Origin: the human T2T-CHM13v2.0 reference genome, Homo sapiens
DNA length: 64,000 nt
Reading direction: 5' to 3' (one strand)
Assembly: GCF_009914755.1 (NCBI RefSeq)
Contig: NC_060939.1
Positions 1-20,779 of the stretch are shown here, piece by piece (positions within the stretch are counted from its first letter, which is position 1; every line of letters starts with the position of its first letter). Below the pieces are notes generated by a model. That model did not search any database. It was not told where the DNA came from and saw only the letters and a program-made list of their open reading frames with translations. Position numbers and translations under genes: made by a program.

Positions 1-658
1 TCCCAACACTTTGGGAGGCCGAGGCGGGCAGATCACGAGGTCAGGAGATCGAGGTCATCCTGGCTAACACGGTGAAACCCCGTCTCTACTAAAAAAAAAT
101 ACAAAAAATTAGCTGGGCGTGGTGGCGGGCACCTATAGTCCCAGCTACTCGGGAGGCTGAGGCAGGAGAATGGTGTGAACCCAAGAGGTGGAGCTTGCAG
201 TGAGCCGAATCGCGCCACCGCACTCCAGCCTGGGTGACAGAGTGAGACTCTGTCTCAAAAAAAAAAAAAAAACTTACCCTGGCATGGTGGCACATGCCTG
301 TAGTCCCAGCTACTTGGGAGGCTGAGATAGGAGGATCACTTGGCCATGGGAGGTTGAGGCTGCAGTGAGCCATGAGCATGTCACTGCGTTCCAGCCTGAG
401 CTATAGAACAAGACTCCGTCTCAAAGAAATAAATTAACATAAGAAAATAAAGTGCTGACAGGCTGAGCAAGGCTTTTAAGATTATGGGGAGAGCCTGCTT
501 GGTGAAAAGATTCTAGATGTAGTTGGAAAAGTCTTGGGTAGAGGAGTTTAATGGTAATGATTGTTGTCCTGAGACTTGTAATTCTGGATCTGAATCATAA
601 TACATTTATTGAGTGCATGCTATATACCAGGCTTAGTATCAAGCACATTAGAGCCTAA

Positions 659-1073
<415 letters not shown>

Positions 1074-1220
1074 TAAGTAATGTACCCAAGATCGCAAAAC
1101 TGGCGAATGGTAGAGCTGGAGTTTGAATTTTCTGACACTGGTCCTTATCACTCCACAAAGAGTTTGGACTCCATGAATTTAGGCTTTGTACTGACTTTCT
1201 CCCTCTTCCCTCCTATGTAG

Positions 1221-1955
1221 CTGGAGAAGGAGTACGTGTGCCGGGTGGAAGGGGAGTTCCCCACTGAGGAAGTGACCTGTAAAGAACCCATCTTAGTGGT
1301 GTCTTACAAAGTAGGGGTGTGCCGTGTAGATCCCCGGGGCAAGCCCTGTGAGACAGTGTTCCAGAGGCTAAGCTACAATGGCCAGTCCAGTGTGGTACGG
1401 TGCCGGCCACTCACAGGCCGCACACACCAGATTCGAGTCCACCTTCAGTTCTTGGGCCATCCCATTCTCAACGACCCCATCTACAACTCAGTTGCCTGGG
1501 GTCCTTCTCGAGGCCGGGGCGGCTACATTCCCAAGACAAACGAGGAGTTGCTACGGGACCTGGTAGCAGAGCACCAGGCCAAACAGAGCCTGGATGTGCT
1601 AGATCTCTGTGAGGGTGACCTGTCCCCAGGACTCACAGACTCTACGGCCCCCTCCTCAGAGTTGGGCAAGGACGACCTGGAAGAGTTGGCTGCAGCTGCC
1701 CAGAAGATGGAGGAAGTAGCTGAGGCAGCCCCTCAGGAGTTGGACACAATAGCCTTGGCATCAGAGAAGGCAGTTGAAACAGATGTCATGAATCAAGAGA
1801 CAGACCCACTCTGTGCAGAGTGCCGGCTGGTGCGACAGGATCCCTTGCCCCAAGACCTTGTGATGTTCCTACATGCCCTACGCTATAAAGGGCCAGGCTT
1901 TGAGTACTTTTCACCAATGCCTGCCTGGGCACAGGATGACTGGCAAAAGGACTGA
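1221..1955 (+). CDS. RPUSD2: RPUSD2 last coding exon (RluA-family RNA pseudouridine synthase, C-terminal part)
   Basis: Polypyrimidine tract plus tag acceptor ending at 1220. Frame reads [14 protein letters not shown]...[23 protein letters not shown]...MFLHALRY...WQKD*, with TGA at 1953-1955. GRTHQIRVH, GHPIxxDxxY and LHA are RluA-family motifs. Upstream exons lie outside the window. Confidence 0.96.
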   Translation: MEKEYVCRVEGEFPTEEVTCKEPILVVSYKVGVCRVDPRGKPCETVFQRLSYNGQSSVVRCRPLTGRTHQIRVHLQFLGHPILNDPIYNSVAWGPSRGRGGYIPKTNEELLRDLVAEHQAKQSLDVLDLCEGDLSPGLTDSTAPSSELGKDDLEELAAAAQKMEEVAEAAPQELDTIALASEKAVETDVMNQETDPLCAECRLVRQDPLPQDLVMFLHALRYKGPGFEYFSPMPAWAQDDWQKD

Positions 1956-2133
1956 GGGTGTGGCCAATGGAGGGATTGCTTCTTGGGTTGTGACAAGGAT
2001 GGGCTATAGGGCAAGGGCTGACCCCATGGGCTAGTACTTGGGGTTTCTATAGGAATGAGGACGGGCTTCTAAAGAGACCTGCTCATACTTGCTACCTCCT
2101 TCCAGTGGGAATTTGGAGACTTTTTGGTTTGTA

Positions 2134-2139
2134 AATATA
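2134..2139 (+). terminator. Candidate non-canonical poly(A) signal (AATATA) of RPUSD2
   Basis: No AATAAA/ATTAAA seen in 1956-2230. AATATA at 2134 is followed by a CA near 2153 and a GT/T-rich tract at 2157-2190. A CATAAA at 2214 is an alternative. Confidence 0.4.
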
Positions 2140-2189
2140 TCCCTTTTTCTAACATCTTTGATGTCTGGTTTTCTTCCGGCTTCTTTTTT

Positions 2190-3130
2190 ATTACTGATGT
2201 AAAATTCACATAACATAAAATTAACCACTTTAACTAGCCAGGCACAGTGGCTCATGGCTATAATCCTAGTACTTTGGGAGGTAGAAGTGAAAGGATCACT
2301 GGAGGCCAAGAGTTCAAGGTTAAAGTGAACTGTGATTGTGCTGCTGCACTCCAGAGCCTAGGTGACAGAGTGAGACCCTGTCTCTTAAAAAAAAAAAAAA
2401 TTAACCAATTTAAGATGTACAGCGTAGTCACATTTAGTACATTCACAGTGTTGTACAACCATAACCTCATATATTTCCAAAACATTTTCATCACCCCAAA
2501 AGGAAACCTGTACCCATTAAGTAAGTGGTCACTTTCCACTCCCCTTCCACCAGCCTCTGGCAACCACTAATCTACTTTCTGTCTGTTTGGATTTGCCTGT
2601 TTATTCTGGACATTTTATATAAATGGAATGATAAAACATGTGACCTATGTCTCTGTTTCCCTTGGCATAATGTTTTCAAGGTTTATTCAACTTGTAGCAT
2701 GTATCGGTACTTCATTCTTTTTTTATGGCAGAATAAGCTGTTGTATGGATATACCACGATTTGTCTATCTGTTCATCAGTTAATGGACATTTGGGTTGTT
2801 TCCACCATTTCATTATTGTGGATAGTGCTGCTGTGAACATTAAATATGTTTTCAGTTCTTTTGGGTATATACCTCACAGTGGAATTGCTGGGTCATATGG
2901 TAATTCTATGTTTAAATGTTTGAGAATCCACCAAACTTTTCCACAGCAGCTGAACCATTTTATATTGCCACCAGCAAGCATAGGGTTTCAATTTCTCTAC
3001 ATCTTCACCAACATTTGTTTTGTTTTGATTATAGTCATCCTAGTAGGAGTGAAGTGGCATCTCATTCTGGGTTGTTAGTCTTTTTGTTGTGGAGTGTAAG
3101 TGTTCTTTATATATTCTGGATGTGAGAGTC
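2190..3130 (-). mobile_element. Old L1 (L1MB-like) 3' fragment, interrupted by a monomeric Alu at ~2238-2400
   Basis: Typical antisense L1M 3'UTR text (aaattcacataacataaaattaacc...acattcacagtgttgtacaacc...ggaattgctgggtcatatggtaattctatg). The Alu is flanked by the degenerate TSD AAAATTAACCA(C/A)TTTAA. Confidence 0.75.
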
Positions 3131-3506
3131 TTAGCAAAAAGACTAACAGCCCAACTTAAAAATGGGCAAAGGATTGGAATAGACATTTTTCCAAAGAAGA
3201 TATACAAATGACCAGCTAACATATGAAAAAAAAAAAAGCTGAACATTATTAGTTATCAGGGAATGCAAATCAAAACTGTGGCATTAGTATAAGAATAGAC
3301 ATAGAGTGATGGAATAAAATCAAGAGTCAAGAAATAAACCCATCCATCTAAGGTCAATTGGTTTTTGACAAAAGTGCTAAGACTGTTCAGTGGGGAGAGA
3401 ATAGTCTTAAACAAATGTGTTTTTTCTTAAACAGTTCGTGCTGGGAAAACTGGGTATTCACATAAAAAAGAAAAAAGTTAGACCCCTACCTCATACACAA
3501 AAATTA

Positions 3507-3767
<261 letters not shown>

Positions 3768-4245
3768 TTAAATTTGGCAATGGGTTCTTAGATACAACAC
3801 CAAAATAATAATCAATGAAATACAAAATAAATAAATTGCACTTTATCAAAATAAGGACTTTTGCGAATCAAAAGACACTATCAAAAAAGTGAAAAGACAG
3901 CCTACAGGATGGGAGGAAATTCCAGAAGAGGAATAGTTGGGTATATGGTAATACTAATTTATATTTTTGGAAGAGCCTCCATACTGTTTTTCATAGTGGT
4001 TGCAGCATTTTACAATCCTACAAACTGCACAAGGGTCCGATTTCTTCACATCCTCACTAACACGTGTCATTTTTTTCATTTTTTGATAGTGTCCATCCTA
4101 ATGGATGTGAGATTATATCTCATTGTGGTTTTAATGTACATTTCTCTGATGATTACTGAGAACATCTTTTCATATGCTTGTTGGCAATTTTTATATCATC
4201 TTTGGAGAAATGTCTATCCAAGTTCTTTGCTCATTTTTTGATTTA

Positions 4246-4583
4246 CAATTGTCTTTCAGTATCCATGCATGATTGGTTCTAGGATACCTCCACCTTCATC
4301 CCAAGATACCAAAATTCACAGATGCTTAAGTCTCATATAAAATGACATATTATTTGCATATAAACGTCCTCTCGTACACTTTAAATCATCTCTAGTTTAC
4401 TTACTATACATAGTAAATGCTATATAAATAGCTGTTATACTGTGCTGTTTAGGGAATAATAAGGAAAAAAAGTCTGTACATGTTCAGTACAGATGCAACC
4501 ATCCATTTTTTTTTCCAAATGTTTTCAATCTAGGATTTGTTGAGTCCACAGATTCAGAATCTATGGACATGGAGGGCCAACCA
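4246..4583. mobile_element. MER2 (TcMar-Tigger) DNA transposon
   Basis: Resembles MER2: cagtatccatg...gataccaaaattcacagatgc...tgttcagtacagatgcaacc...ggagggccaacc. Confidence 0.7.
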
Positions 4584-4720
4584 TATTTGATTTTTTTGTT
4601 GTTGAGCTGCAGGAGCCCTTTATGTATTCTAGGTATTAACTCATTATCAGATACATGCTTAGCACATATTTTCTCTTATTCCATAGGTTGCCTTTTCACT
4701 TTCTTGATTGTGTTCTTTGA

Positions 4721-5135
<415 letters not shown>

Positions 5136-5211
5136 TAATTTCATGTTTAATTATTTATTCATTGGTAGTCTATAGAAATATGACCGATTTTGGGCTGGGG
5201 GCGGTGGCTCA

Positions 5212-5581
<370 letters not shown>

Positions 5582-5792
5582 CTAATACACAAATTATACT
5601 ATATATTATATTTATATATATATATATAATCCATGTCATCTGCAAATAGAGATAATGTTACTTCTTCCTTCCCCATTTGGATACCTTTTGTTTCTTTTTC
5701 TTGTCTAATTGCTATGGATAGAACTTCCAGTACAATGTTGAATAGAAATAGCATAGGGAAAGTGGGTCTCCTTGTCTTGCTCCTTATCTTAG

Positions 5793-6113
<321 letters not shown>

Positions 6114-6191
6114 TAGCCAGGATGGTCTCGATCTCCTGACCTCGTGATCTGCCTGCCTTGGCCTCCCAAAGTGCTGGGATTACAGGCGTGA

Positions 6192-6383
<192 letters not shown>

Positions 6384-7153
6384 TAGTAGAGACTGGGTTT
6401 CCCAATGTTGGCCAGGCTGGTCTTGAACTCCTGACCTCAGCTGATCCACCCACCTTGGCCTCCCAAATTGCTGGGATTACAGGCCTGAGCCACCGCGCCT
6501 GGCCCTTGCCCTGCATTTCTGCTTGTTTCTTGCCCTGCATTTCTGCCTGGACAGCCCTTTGACTTCTGCTCAGGCAGAAACCTTTTCTTTCCTGTTCCTT
6601 CTGTTGTACACCTGTCATGTATTTCCTATTTCGTTGGAGTACTCATAAAGAGAACCATGGATTTTTGTTTTCAGGTAACTTCATGGTGAATAACAAAGGC
6701 TTATTCATACCGAATCCATTGCCTTTGACCAGAACATATGGAGCAGAAGTAGTGTAGGCGGGGAAAGCAATTGTGTTTATATTCTTTTAGTGGTTCATAT
6801 TGGTCGTTAACCACCTACTATATGCCAAACATTATTTATTGCTGGGATACAGAGATGAATGGCTGGCCCCTGCCCTGTTAGAACACACATGATGAAATGT
6901 GCAAGTACAAAGGGAACCAGTGGAAATATGATATAATTCTGTCTGGAAGTACTAGCATAGATTTCCCAGAGAAAGAGGCATTTAACAGTGAGTTAGAATT
7001 TGCCTACTAGAGATATAAGAGGATTCCAGATAGAGGGACAATTTGAGAGAAGGTGGTCATATTCTAGAACTCGAAAAGACAGAGGAGGAGACACCCAAGG
7101 AGAGCGTTTAACCCTGGGGCTCTAGTATATGTCTCCCTATCACTTACTATTGA

Positions 7154-7504
<351 letters not shown>

Positions 7505-8106
7505 TGAATCTGAGTATTTGCTCAGCTTCAAGAAAACCCTATCTCCATTCCATGAGCCAGCCAACTCTCCTTATCACTGAGACCCTCCATAACTCAGGAG
7601 CTGTGGGGTCCTAGGACTGGGAAGAATGAGATATTCAATAAAATGAATTCATATGGCAGATATTTGAGAGCCAACTATGTGCTGGATTCACACTAGGCTC
7701 TGGGTATATAATGGTGAGTAAGACAGATAAGGTCTCCACTCTTATGAAGTATACAGTCCGAATGTCCAGCACAATGTGGGAAAGTAAACAGTAAACAATG
7801 TGGTAAATGTTCTGTGTGACAGGAGAAGGAGGGAGGCACACCTAGTGTGATTCCTTCCAGGATCCCAGGGTTCTGAATGGGAGCATTAGCATTTGCCCAT
7901 TTTCCATCTCACCTCTTAAGTTCTGAATTTTACCCTCTCTAGTGCTGTTTATCCTATTCTCATTATTTCAGAGGTTCTTGAGCTAGAGACACATGGATGG
8001 GCTTGAGAGGATCCCTGGATCTCTTGAAATTTTATGTAAAATTTGGTATATGTGTATACTTTTCTGAGGAGAGTCTATATATTAATTTCTCAACAGATCT
8101 TTTAAA

Positions 8107-9172
<1,066 letters not shown>

Positions 9173-9349
9173 CAAAGGATCTCTACACAAAACAAGAGTT
9201 CCTAACTACAATTACTCCACTAGTCTGCAGATGCCTAAAAAGCAGGGTGTGTGTGTGTGTGTGTGTGTGCATGTGTGTTCTTCTATCTTGCACATACTAA
9301 TCAAGCAATTGGTCTCTCTGTGTTAATTAAATGCTGTGCTAGGTGCTAG

Positions 9350-9872
9350 TGTGTCCGTTCCTTCGGGTGGGTTCTTGGTCTCCCTAACTTCAAGAATGAA
9401 GCCACAGACCTTCGGGTGAGTGTTACAGCTCTCAAAGGTGGCACGGACCCAAAGAGTGAGCAGCAGCAAGACTTATTGTGAAGAGCGAAAGAATACAGCT
9501 TCCACAGCATGGAAGGGGACCCCAGTGGATTGCTGCTGCTGGCTTTTGGAGGGGGTGGGGGTGGCCAGCTTTTATTCCCTTATTTGTCCCTGCCCATGTC
9601 TTGCCGATTGGTCCATTTTACAGAGTGCTGATTGGTCCATTTTACAGAGTGCTGATTGGTGCATTTACAATACTTTAGCTAGACACAGAGGGCTGATTGG
9701 TGCATTTTTACAGAGTGCTGATTGGTGCATTCACAATCCTTTAGCTAGACACAGAGCGCTGATTGGTGCATTTTTACAGAGGGCTGATAGGTGTGTTTAC
9801 AATCTTCTAGCTAGACAGAAAAGTTCTCCAAGTCCCCACTGACCCAGGAAGTCCTGCTGACTTCACCTCTCA
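9350..9872 (-). mobile_element. Solo LTR12 (ERV9; LTR12F-like)
   Basis: Minus strand starts TGAGAGGTGAAG...GTGGGGACTTGGAGAACTTTT and ends ...GGACACA. It carries tandem gctgattggt(c/g)cattttacagagt units. 4-bp TSD CTAG (9346-9349) / CTGG (9873-9876). Confidence 0.88.
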
Positions 9873-9935
9873 CTGGAATGTTAATACAAAACCTGTGACA
9901 AAAGTACTACCTATAAGGAGCCCAGGTTGAATCTA

Positions 9936-10347
<412 letters not shown>

Positions 10348-10406
10348 TCACCCCTGCTCTGGAGGTAACCACTATTAATAACTAAGGGGTCCCAAAGGGG
10401 TGGGGG

Positions 10407-11028
10407 TGAGGCAGAACAAGGTCTGGAGGCAGGGAACCTAAGGCCATTTCACACTGACTTCCTAGAACTAAATTGATAGGAAAGCCCTAACTGTCCACTC
10501 CTAATAACAAAAGGACCAGAGGTTACTCCCTTTGCAAACCCCCAACTTTTCTGCCCCGCAGATGGGAAATTGAAAGTACCTCTGATTGGTTGCTTTTTGC
10601 AATCGATCAGATGTTTCCATGGGACTGTGACCTTTGTAACATCACTTCAGCCTCCGATTGGTTGTTGTCTGCAACCAATCAAACTGATTGCTGGCCAAGT
10701 CTTCCTTTGCATAGAAGTGCAACTTTGTAACTTCAGTTTAGCCTCTGATTGGTTGCCTTTGCAACCATGAGGTGAACACCAAGTGGCCAACGGGAAACCT
10801 CTAGGGGCTATTTGGACCCGAGAAGATTCTGTATTGGGGGCCCTTGAGCCACTGCTTGGCCCACTGCCACACTGTGGAGTGTACTTTCATTTTCAATAAA
10901 TCCCTGCCTTCATTTCGTTCCTTTCGTTGCTTCATTCTTTCCTTGCGTTGCTGTGCATTTTGTCCTATTCTTTGTTCAAAATGCCAAGAACCTGGACAAC
11001 TTGCAGTCAAGACCCTCTAGCGGTAATG
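10407..11028 (+). mobile_element. Solo MER51-type ERV1 LTR
   Basis: Starts TGAGGCAG...GGTCTGGAGGCAGGGAACCTAAGGCC. Contains repeated gattggtt/ccaatc boxes and AATAAA at ~10895. Ends ...gccaagaacctggac...cggtaatg. Confidence 0.8.
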
Positions 11029-11087
11029 GGGAGGGGGGAAAATAATGATAAAAATAAAGGGTTCTCCTGCCTGTTTTCTATTCATAG

Positions 11088-11423
<336 letters not shown>

Positions 11424-11490
11424 TGATCTGCCCGCCTCAGTCTCCCAAAGTGCTGGGATTACAGGCGTGAGCCACGGTGCCCAGCCTTGA

Positions 11491-11790
<300 letters not shown>

Positions 11791-13106
11791 GATTTTTTTT
11801 TTTATAGCTGCATTGTGTTCCATTGTACTACAATCTATCTTCTGTTGCTGGAATTTTAGGTGTTTGCAGTTTTTCACTATTCTCAGGCCATAGTAAACAT
11901 CCTTATATACCCTTCCACACTTGTAGCATAGTTTCTACAGGACAGTTTTTTAGTGTAATTATGGGGTCAATGGCTTTAAATATAAATAGGTAATAGGAAA
12001 CTGCCCTCCAAAAAGATTATACCAATTTTCATTCTGTCCAGTCATGTGAGAGGCTGAGGCAGCTGAATGCAGCAACTGAAAATGCAGCTGGTCCAGCAGC
12101 TGCATTTTTCAAAGTTGGCATTGTTTCCAGTCAGGGTTGGAACCATGGGTTTCCCTGAATGTCTGTATCTTTTCACGGATGACCTAGACTTGCTTGAGTC
12201 AATCTTGCTTCCAAAGACTTTAGAGAAAATGGACTGATTTCAAAGCCTTTTCGAGGTTTGGATGATTGATCCTCAAGACTCACATATTCTAGAACATAGG
12301 ATTATTGAAAACCAAAGACAGAAGCAGAACAGCCATGGAATGTGACCAGTTTTTAGTTGGGTAAGTTTACTGTGGTCCTGACGAGGTATCATCACCAAAG
12401 GCACTCATTCTGCTTAGAACACTGTCTTGTACATGGTGAACAATATTGTCTATGATTATGATTTTTGTTTTCTTCCCCTCCAAGTCCTCTGTCATCCTCT
12501 TCTTTTCATTTGAAGCTTGTCCACGTTTTCAAAACTGCAACATTTTTGTCAACCATTAACTAGGTGAAAACAGTTAAGAATTGCCTACTAAAGTTGAACA
12601 CACACATAACCAATGACTCTACTTCTAGCTATCTACCTACAGAAACACTTGTACATGTGCCCCAAGAGACATATAAAAACAGTCACAGCAGTGTTCTTGC
12701 AGCAAAAGACTGGAGATAACAAAAATATCCATCAATAAGAGAATGGATACCTAATTGTATGTTCAGATAATTGCAAACTAATCAGCAGTGAAAATGAACG
12801 AATTATACGGATAAAACAGTGTCCAGTGACAGAAGTTACAGATGAATACGTTATATAAAATGAATACATTATATAAAATTAAAAAACAGACAAAACATAT
12901 TTAAGACTACAAATATGTATAAATATGTATATTTGGTAAGAAAAACAAGAGAATGATTAACATGAAATTCAGAAAAGTTGTTATCTTTGCCAGACACGGT
13001 GGCTCACGCCTGTAATCCCAGCACTTTGGGAGGCCAAGGCAGGTGGATCACGAGGTCAGGAGATCGAGACCATCTTGGCTAACACGGTGAAACCCCGTCT
13101 CTACTA

Positions 13107-13518
<412 letters not shown>

Positions 13519-14739
13519 TGAGGCTGGTCTCAAACTCCTGACCTCGTGGTCTGCCTGCCTCATCCTCACAAAGTGCTGAGATTACAGGCGTGAGCCACTG
13601 TGCCCGGCCAAAGTAGTTATCTTTTTGGTGGGAGGATGCCTCCAGGAAGGGACACACAGGAAGCATCAAAGGTGCTAGTAATCTGCCACCTGCCAAGAGG
13701 GTAGGAAAAAAAAATTAAAATAATTAAAAATCATTTTTTAAAAAAGAAACAAAGGGGCTGGTAATGTTCTATTTCTCAAGCTGGGTGGTGTATATACAGC
13801 ATTGCTGTTTTTTTCTTTCTTTCTTTCTTTCTTTTTTTTTTCGGAGACAAGGTCCTGCTCTGTTGCCCAGGCTGGATTGCAGTGGCACGATCATGGCTCA
13901 CTGTACTCTCGACCTCCCAGGTTCAAGTGATCCTCCCACTTCAGCCTCCTGAGTAGCTGGGACCGCAGGCACACACCAGCACACCCAGCTAATTTTTGCA
14001 TTTTTGGTAGAGACAGGGTTTTGCCATGTTTCCCAGGCCTGTCTGGAACTCTTGGGCTCAAGTGATTCACCCATTTGAGCCTCTTGAGTAGCTGAGAATA
14101 TGGGTGCATACCACCACACCTGGCTAATTTTTAATATTTTGTAGAGACAGAGTCTCACTGTGTTACCTAGGCTGGTCTCGAACTACTGGCCTCAAGCGAT
14201 CGTCCCCAACCTTGGCCTCCCAAAGTGCTGGGATTACATGTGTGAGCCACTGCACCTGGCCTTATTATTGTTATTTTTAAACTGTACATGCATATTACAT
14301 TACGTATGTATGTATTGTATAATTGTGTAATACTATCAAGATAAAACTTTTAAACAACAAATATTAAAATATCTCACCTCTTTTTTTTAACATTTGGTTA
14401 TCTCTGAAATAGTGACTCTCCTCTTTCAGTCCCACTGCACAACTCTTTAAGATCCATTTGACCTTCACACAGCTGGTGGGTGCTACTCCAAAGTGCCTAG
14501 ACCATGGGTTGTTTTCACCAGTGGTGGAAAGATAACACCATACACCTAGTATTTTGGAGACTATAATGGTAAGCAATAATTAATAATTTGCAAAAATGGG
14601 CCAGGCGCTTGGTGGCTCACACCTATAATCCCAGCACTTTGGGAGGCTGAGGTGGGCGGATCATGAGGTCAGGAGATCGAGACCATCCTGGCTAACACGG
14701 TAAAAGCCTGTCTCTACTAAAAATACAAAAAAAAAATTA

Positions 14740-14994
<255 letters not shown>

Positions 14995-15289
14995 TCATGG
15001 CTTTGGAATTCTAGACCCCGCATGCTCTCCGACACAAAGAGCCCAAGAACTTGCATCTTCTATCTCTTCATTACCAAGACATCTAGACAAAAGGTTCTTG
15101 AAAATGTTTTAGTAATTCAAGTAAATAATAAGTGATGCAATTATTCTGGTTCTTTTTTCTTTCCAACATTCCAAATGTTGAAGTTAAAGTAGGTTAGGAA
15201 TTTTAAAAGGAAAGCTTTATATCTGATCTAAATGCCAAATCTTCCAGAATCACAACTGAAGCAAAATTGCAAGGATTAGTCATTTTATA

Positions 15290-15452
15290 AGCCAAGATAT
15301 GCCAGAAACTGCCAGTAAACTACAGAAGCTAGATGAGAGATATGAAATAGATTCTCCCTCACACCCCTCCTAAGGAACCAACCCTGTTGACACCTTGATC
15401 TCAGACTTTAGCCTCCAGAACTGGGAGACAATAAATTTTTGTTGTTTAAGCA
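15290..15452 (+). mobile_element. MLT1 (MaLR) LTR fragment
   Basis: gattctccctc...ggaaccaaccctgttgacaccttgatctcagacttt...ccagaactgggagacaataaatttttgttgtttaagc. Confidence 0.75.
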
Positions 15453-15473
15453 AAATTTTTTGGGTTTTTCTGA

Positions 15474-15632
<159 letters not shown>

Positions 15633-15640
15633 TGAGGTAG

Positions 15641-15844
<204 letters not shown>

Positions 15845-17582
15845 TGACCTCAGGTGATCTGCCTGCCTTGGCCTCCCAAAGTGCTGGGATTACAGGCGTG
15901 AACCACCGTGCCCAGCCGCCTGGCTAATTTTTTTAATTTTAATTTCATTTTTTGTAGAGACAGGGTCTCACTGTATTACCCAGGCTGGTCTCGACCTCTT
16001 GGCCTCAAGCAGAACTTCTGCCTTGGCCTGTCAACATGCTGGGATTACAGGCATAAGCCATGGCACCTGGCCTCAAAAAAGAATTTTAAAGCCTTGCATC
16101 TTGGGCTGAAATAAAGGCCACCTCTGATACCTCCTAGGTTATATAAAAAATGACTACTGACAGTCATTGAAAGGAGAGTTGATTGGAAGTGATCCTTTCA
16201 GTGAGTTCCCAGAAACTGACATTAAGGAACTATTTCAGTTTTTTAAAGCTAAAAAATCAAAACAAAAACAAAACATTTTTTCAGATGTCAAGTTTCTGTG
16301 TTATTCAATAATTTAAAAATCAGAATTCTAGACCAGGCACGGTGGCTCACACCTGTAATTCCAGCACTTTGGGAGGCTGAGCGGGGCAGATCACCTGAGG
16401 TCAGGAGTTTGAGACTAGCCTAGCCAACATGATGAAACTCCATCTCTACTAAAAATATAAAAATTAGCTGGGTGTGGTGTGGCGCGCACCTGTAATCCCA
16501 GCTACTCAGGAAGCTGAGATGAGAGAATCGCTTGAACCTGGGTGGCGGAGGTTGCAGTGAGCCAAGGTCGCGCTACTGCACTCCAGCCTGAGTGACAGAG
16601 TGAGACTCTGTCTCACAAAAAAAAAAAAAGGAAAAAAGAAAACGATCAGATAAACAACTGGCTAACTATCCATCACTACCTCAGCTTGGGATATACCATA
16701 AAGTGTTATTCCCTATTTCCCTGAGTCTTTGGCATTTACTCATTCATCTTGGCTTTCCTAGACAATGTTACTAAAACTGGATTTCCGTTTTGCTCTACTG
16801 ATCTTCAATATGAAAATGTTATTTAGTTTTCAGTTCACTAGACATTCCTAGAAGTTGTTGTAGTATTTTCACACGATAGAGTACATCTCAGGGAATGATT
16901 TTAGAAAAGAAAAACGTTTTGGGTCGGTGTTGTAGACTCAGAGCAGAATGCATGGATTCACTATGGAACCTCTCCAGACCCTGTCATCACTGTGTTCCCA
17001 GAGATGGTTCTCCAGTGGGAGAACCTAATGGTAAGGAACAAATTGACTTCACTTCTGTCATTGCCTGCCTCTCAAAACCAGTCTTTGCAAGTCTTGGAGC
17101 CTGAGGTCTGGGTTTTTCTTGCAAGAGTTAAGAAATAAACTTTAGATGTGTCAAAAAAAAAAAAAAAAGCCAAACCGAACAAACAAAAACAAAGCATTGA
17201 TTTCAATTCTTCCTTCAGAGCTATGTCATATAAGGGCTGCTGCTGACACACACAGCCTGTCTGGGCTGTGGACCAGTTTATTATTTCATAATAAACATTG
17301 GCCATTGATTCCCAGAGAACCTCATTTTCAAAAGAGGGAATTGGTCCTCTTAAAGCTGGCCCCAGATAATGAAGACGCATTGCCTAACACTCCAATAGTA
17401 AAAGAGCTGGAATATCTTGGTAAGATATTTATGCAACAGTCCTTTGCTGTGGTCTTCCAGAGGTTGAGGTGTCCTGCAATAGTTGAGGATAGTACTTGCA
17501 AGGAAGAACGTTGGTGTTGGTAGAGAACGGTTTCTTTGAGCTGTGGTTTGTTGAAGAATTTGGGGAGTTAATGGAGATCTCT

Positions 17583-17641
17583 GTAGACGAGAGCATCCAT
17601 CTCGGTAGACGAGAGCATCCATCCCTGTAGATAAGAGCATC
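17583..17641. repeat. 22-bp tandem repeat, ~2.7 copies
   Basis: GTAGACGAGAGCATCCATCTCG-like units start at 17583, 17605 and 17627. Confidence 0.85.
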
Positions 17642-18316
17642 TTGTCCGAGTCTTGCAGTTGCAGCTGCTCCAGTAGATGGCGCCTCTAACTCTTTTCCTG
17701 TCAGCTTCTTACAAGCTTCTCTTTCCGTTTCTAATTGAAGTATTTCTTTTTCTTTCCCTTGACTTTTTTTTTTTTTTTTTTTTTTTTTTTGAGACGGAGT
17801 CTCGCTGTGTCGCCCAGGCTGGAGTGCAGTGGACCGATCACGCCTCACCGCAGCCTCAACCTCCGGGGCTCAAGCGATCCTCCCACCTCAGCCTCGCAGG
17901 ACTACGGGCGCTAGCGACCACACCAGCCTCTTTCTTTCTTTCTTTCTTTTTTCTTTCTTGTCTTTCTTTCTTTCTTATTTTCTTTTTCTTTCTCTTTCTT
18001 TCTGTCTTTCTTTTTCTCTCTCTTTCCTTCTTTCTTGAGACAGATTCTCCCTATGTTGCTTGGGCTGGTCTCGAACTCCGGGACTCAAGCAATCCTCCCA
18101 CCTCAGCCTTCCAGAGTGCTGGAATTACAGGTGTGAGCCACTGTACTCAGCCTAAAAAAGTGAGTTTTCAACTCACAATTTTTTTCTTTTTTTTCCTCTA
18201 TATTCTGCCAGTACATTTCATTTTCATAACTTATACAGCTGAAGATTTTCCTTTGAAAAAATAATCTTCCCAGCCCATGCAGCACGCCGTCCCATCCAGC
18301 ATGGCCAACATGGTGA

Positions 18317-19248
<932 letters not shown>

Positions 19249-19563
19249 CTAGCAGGCCACAGAAGCGTCTAGGAGGGTTACAAAGGTCCAGAAGCAAGAG
19301 AGAGCGCACGGGCTAGTTGAAATGGAAGAGGGAGCTGCAGGTTGCAGGGCTTGTTGATGGGGGTGACCTCTAAGCTCAGATCCGAAGGAGAAGCAGGAGC
19401 CGCCCAGGCAGTGACATGATGGGAAAGAAGAGGGTGGGGTCAGGGGTATGTTGCAGGGAGAGGAGCAGGGACGGTATCTACAAACGTGTTGTGGAAAGAG
19501 AAAAAATCCTAGTTCAAGGAAAGGTAGATCTGTGTCTCCAGGGAGATTTAGAAAGGTCTCTCT

Positions 19564-20510
<947 letters not shown>

Positions 20511-20779
20511 TAGCAGCAGGGTAGAGAATGCATTGGAGAGCAAGGCTAAGGAAGGGTGACTCAATGTCCTGAGCCCAAGGAGGTATCAACATTCCCAACG
20601 GATTTGGATCTGTAACAGAAAGAAGCCGCTGGAGCCAGCAGAGAATGGGGCCACTGCTTTCCATACTCAGTGCCCAAACCTGAGCTGGGCTGAAGCACCT
20701 GCCAGAGGCCGTGTTGTGGAGCATGGTGCAATGCAGACAGCCTTGTGGAGGAGACAATCTGTAAACCATGACTGCAAAA

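Noticed and set aside
1236-1955. 239-aa ORF starting at GTG as a complete pseudouridine synthase
   Set aside because: It lacks the catalytic HRLD motif and begins just after a splice acceptor, so it is a terminal exon.
9420-9842. 140-aa ORF with repeated ADWSILQS units and a CRISPR-like repeat look
   Set aside because: These are LTR12 tandem CCAAT repeats. There are no unique spacers or cas genes, and the DNA is human.
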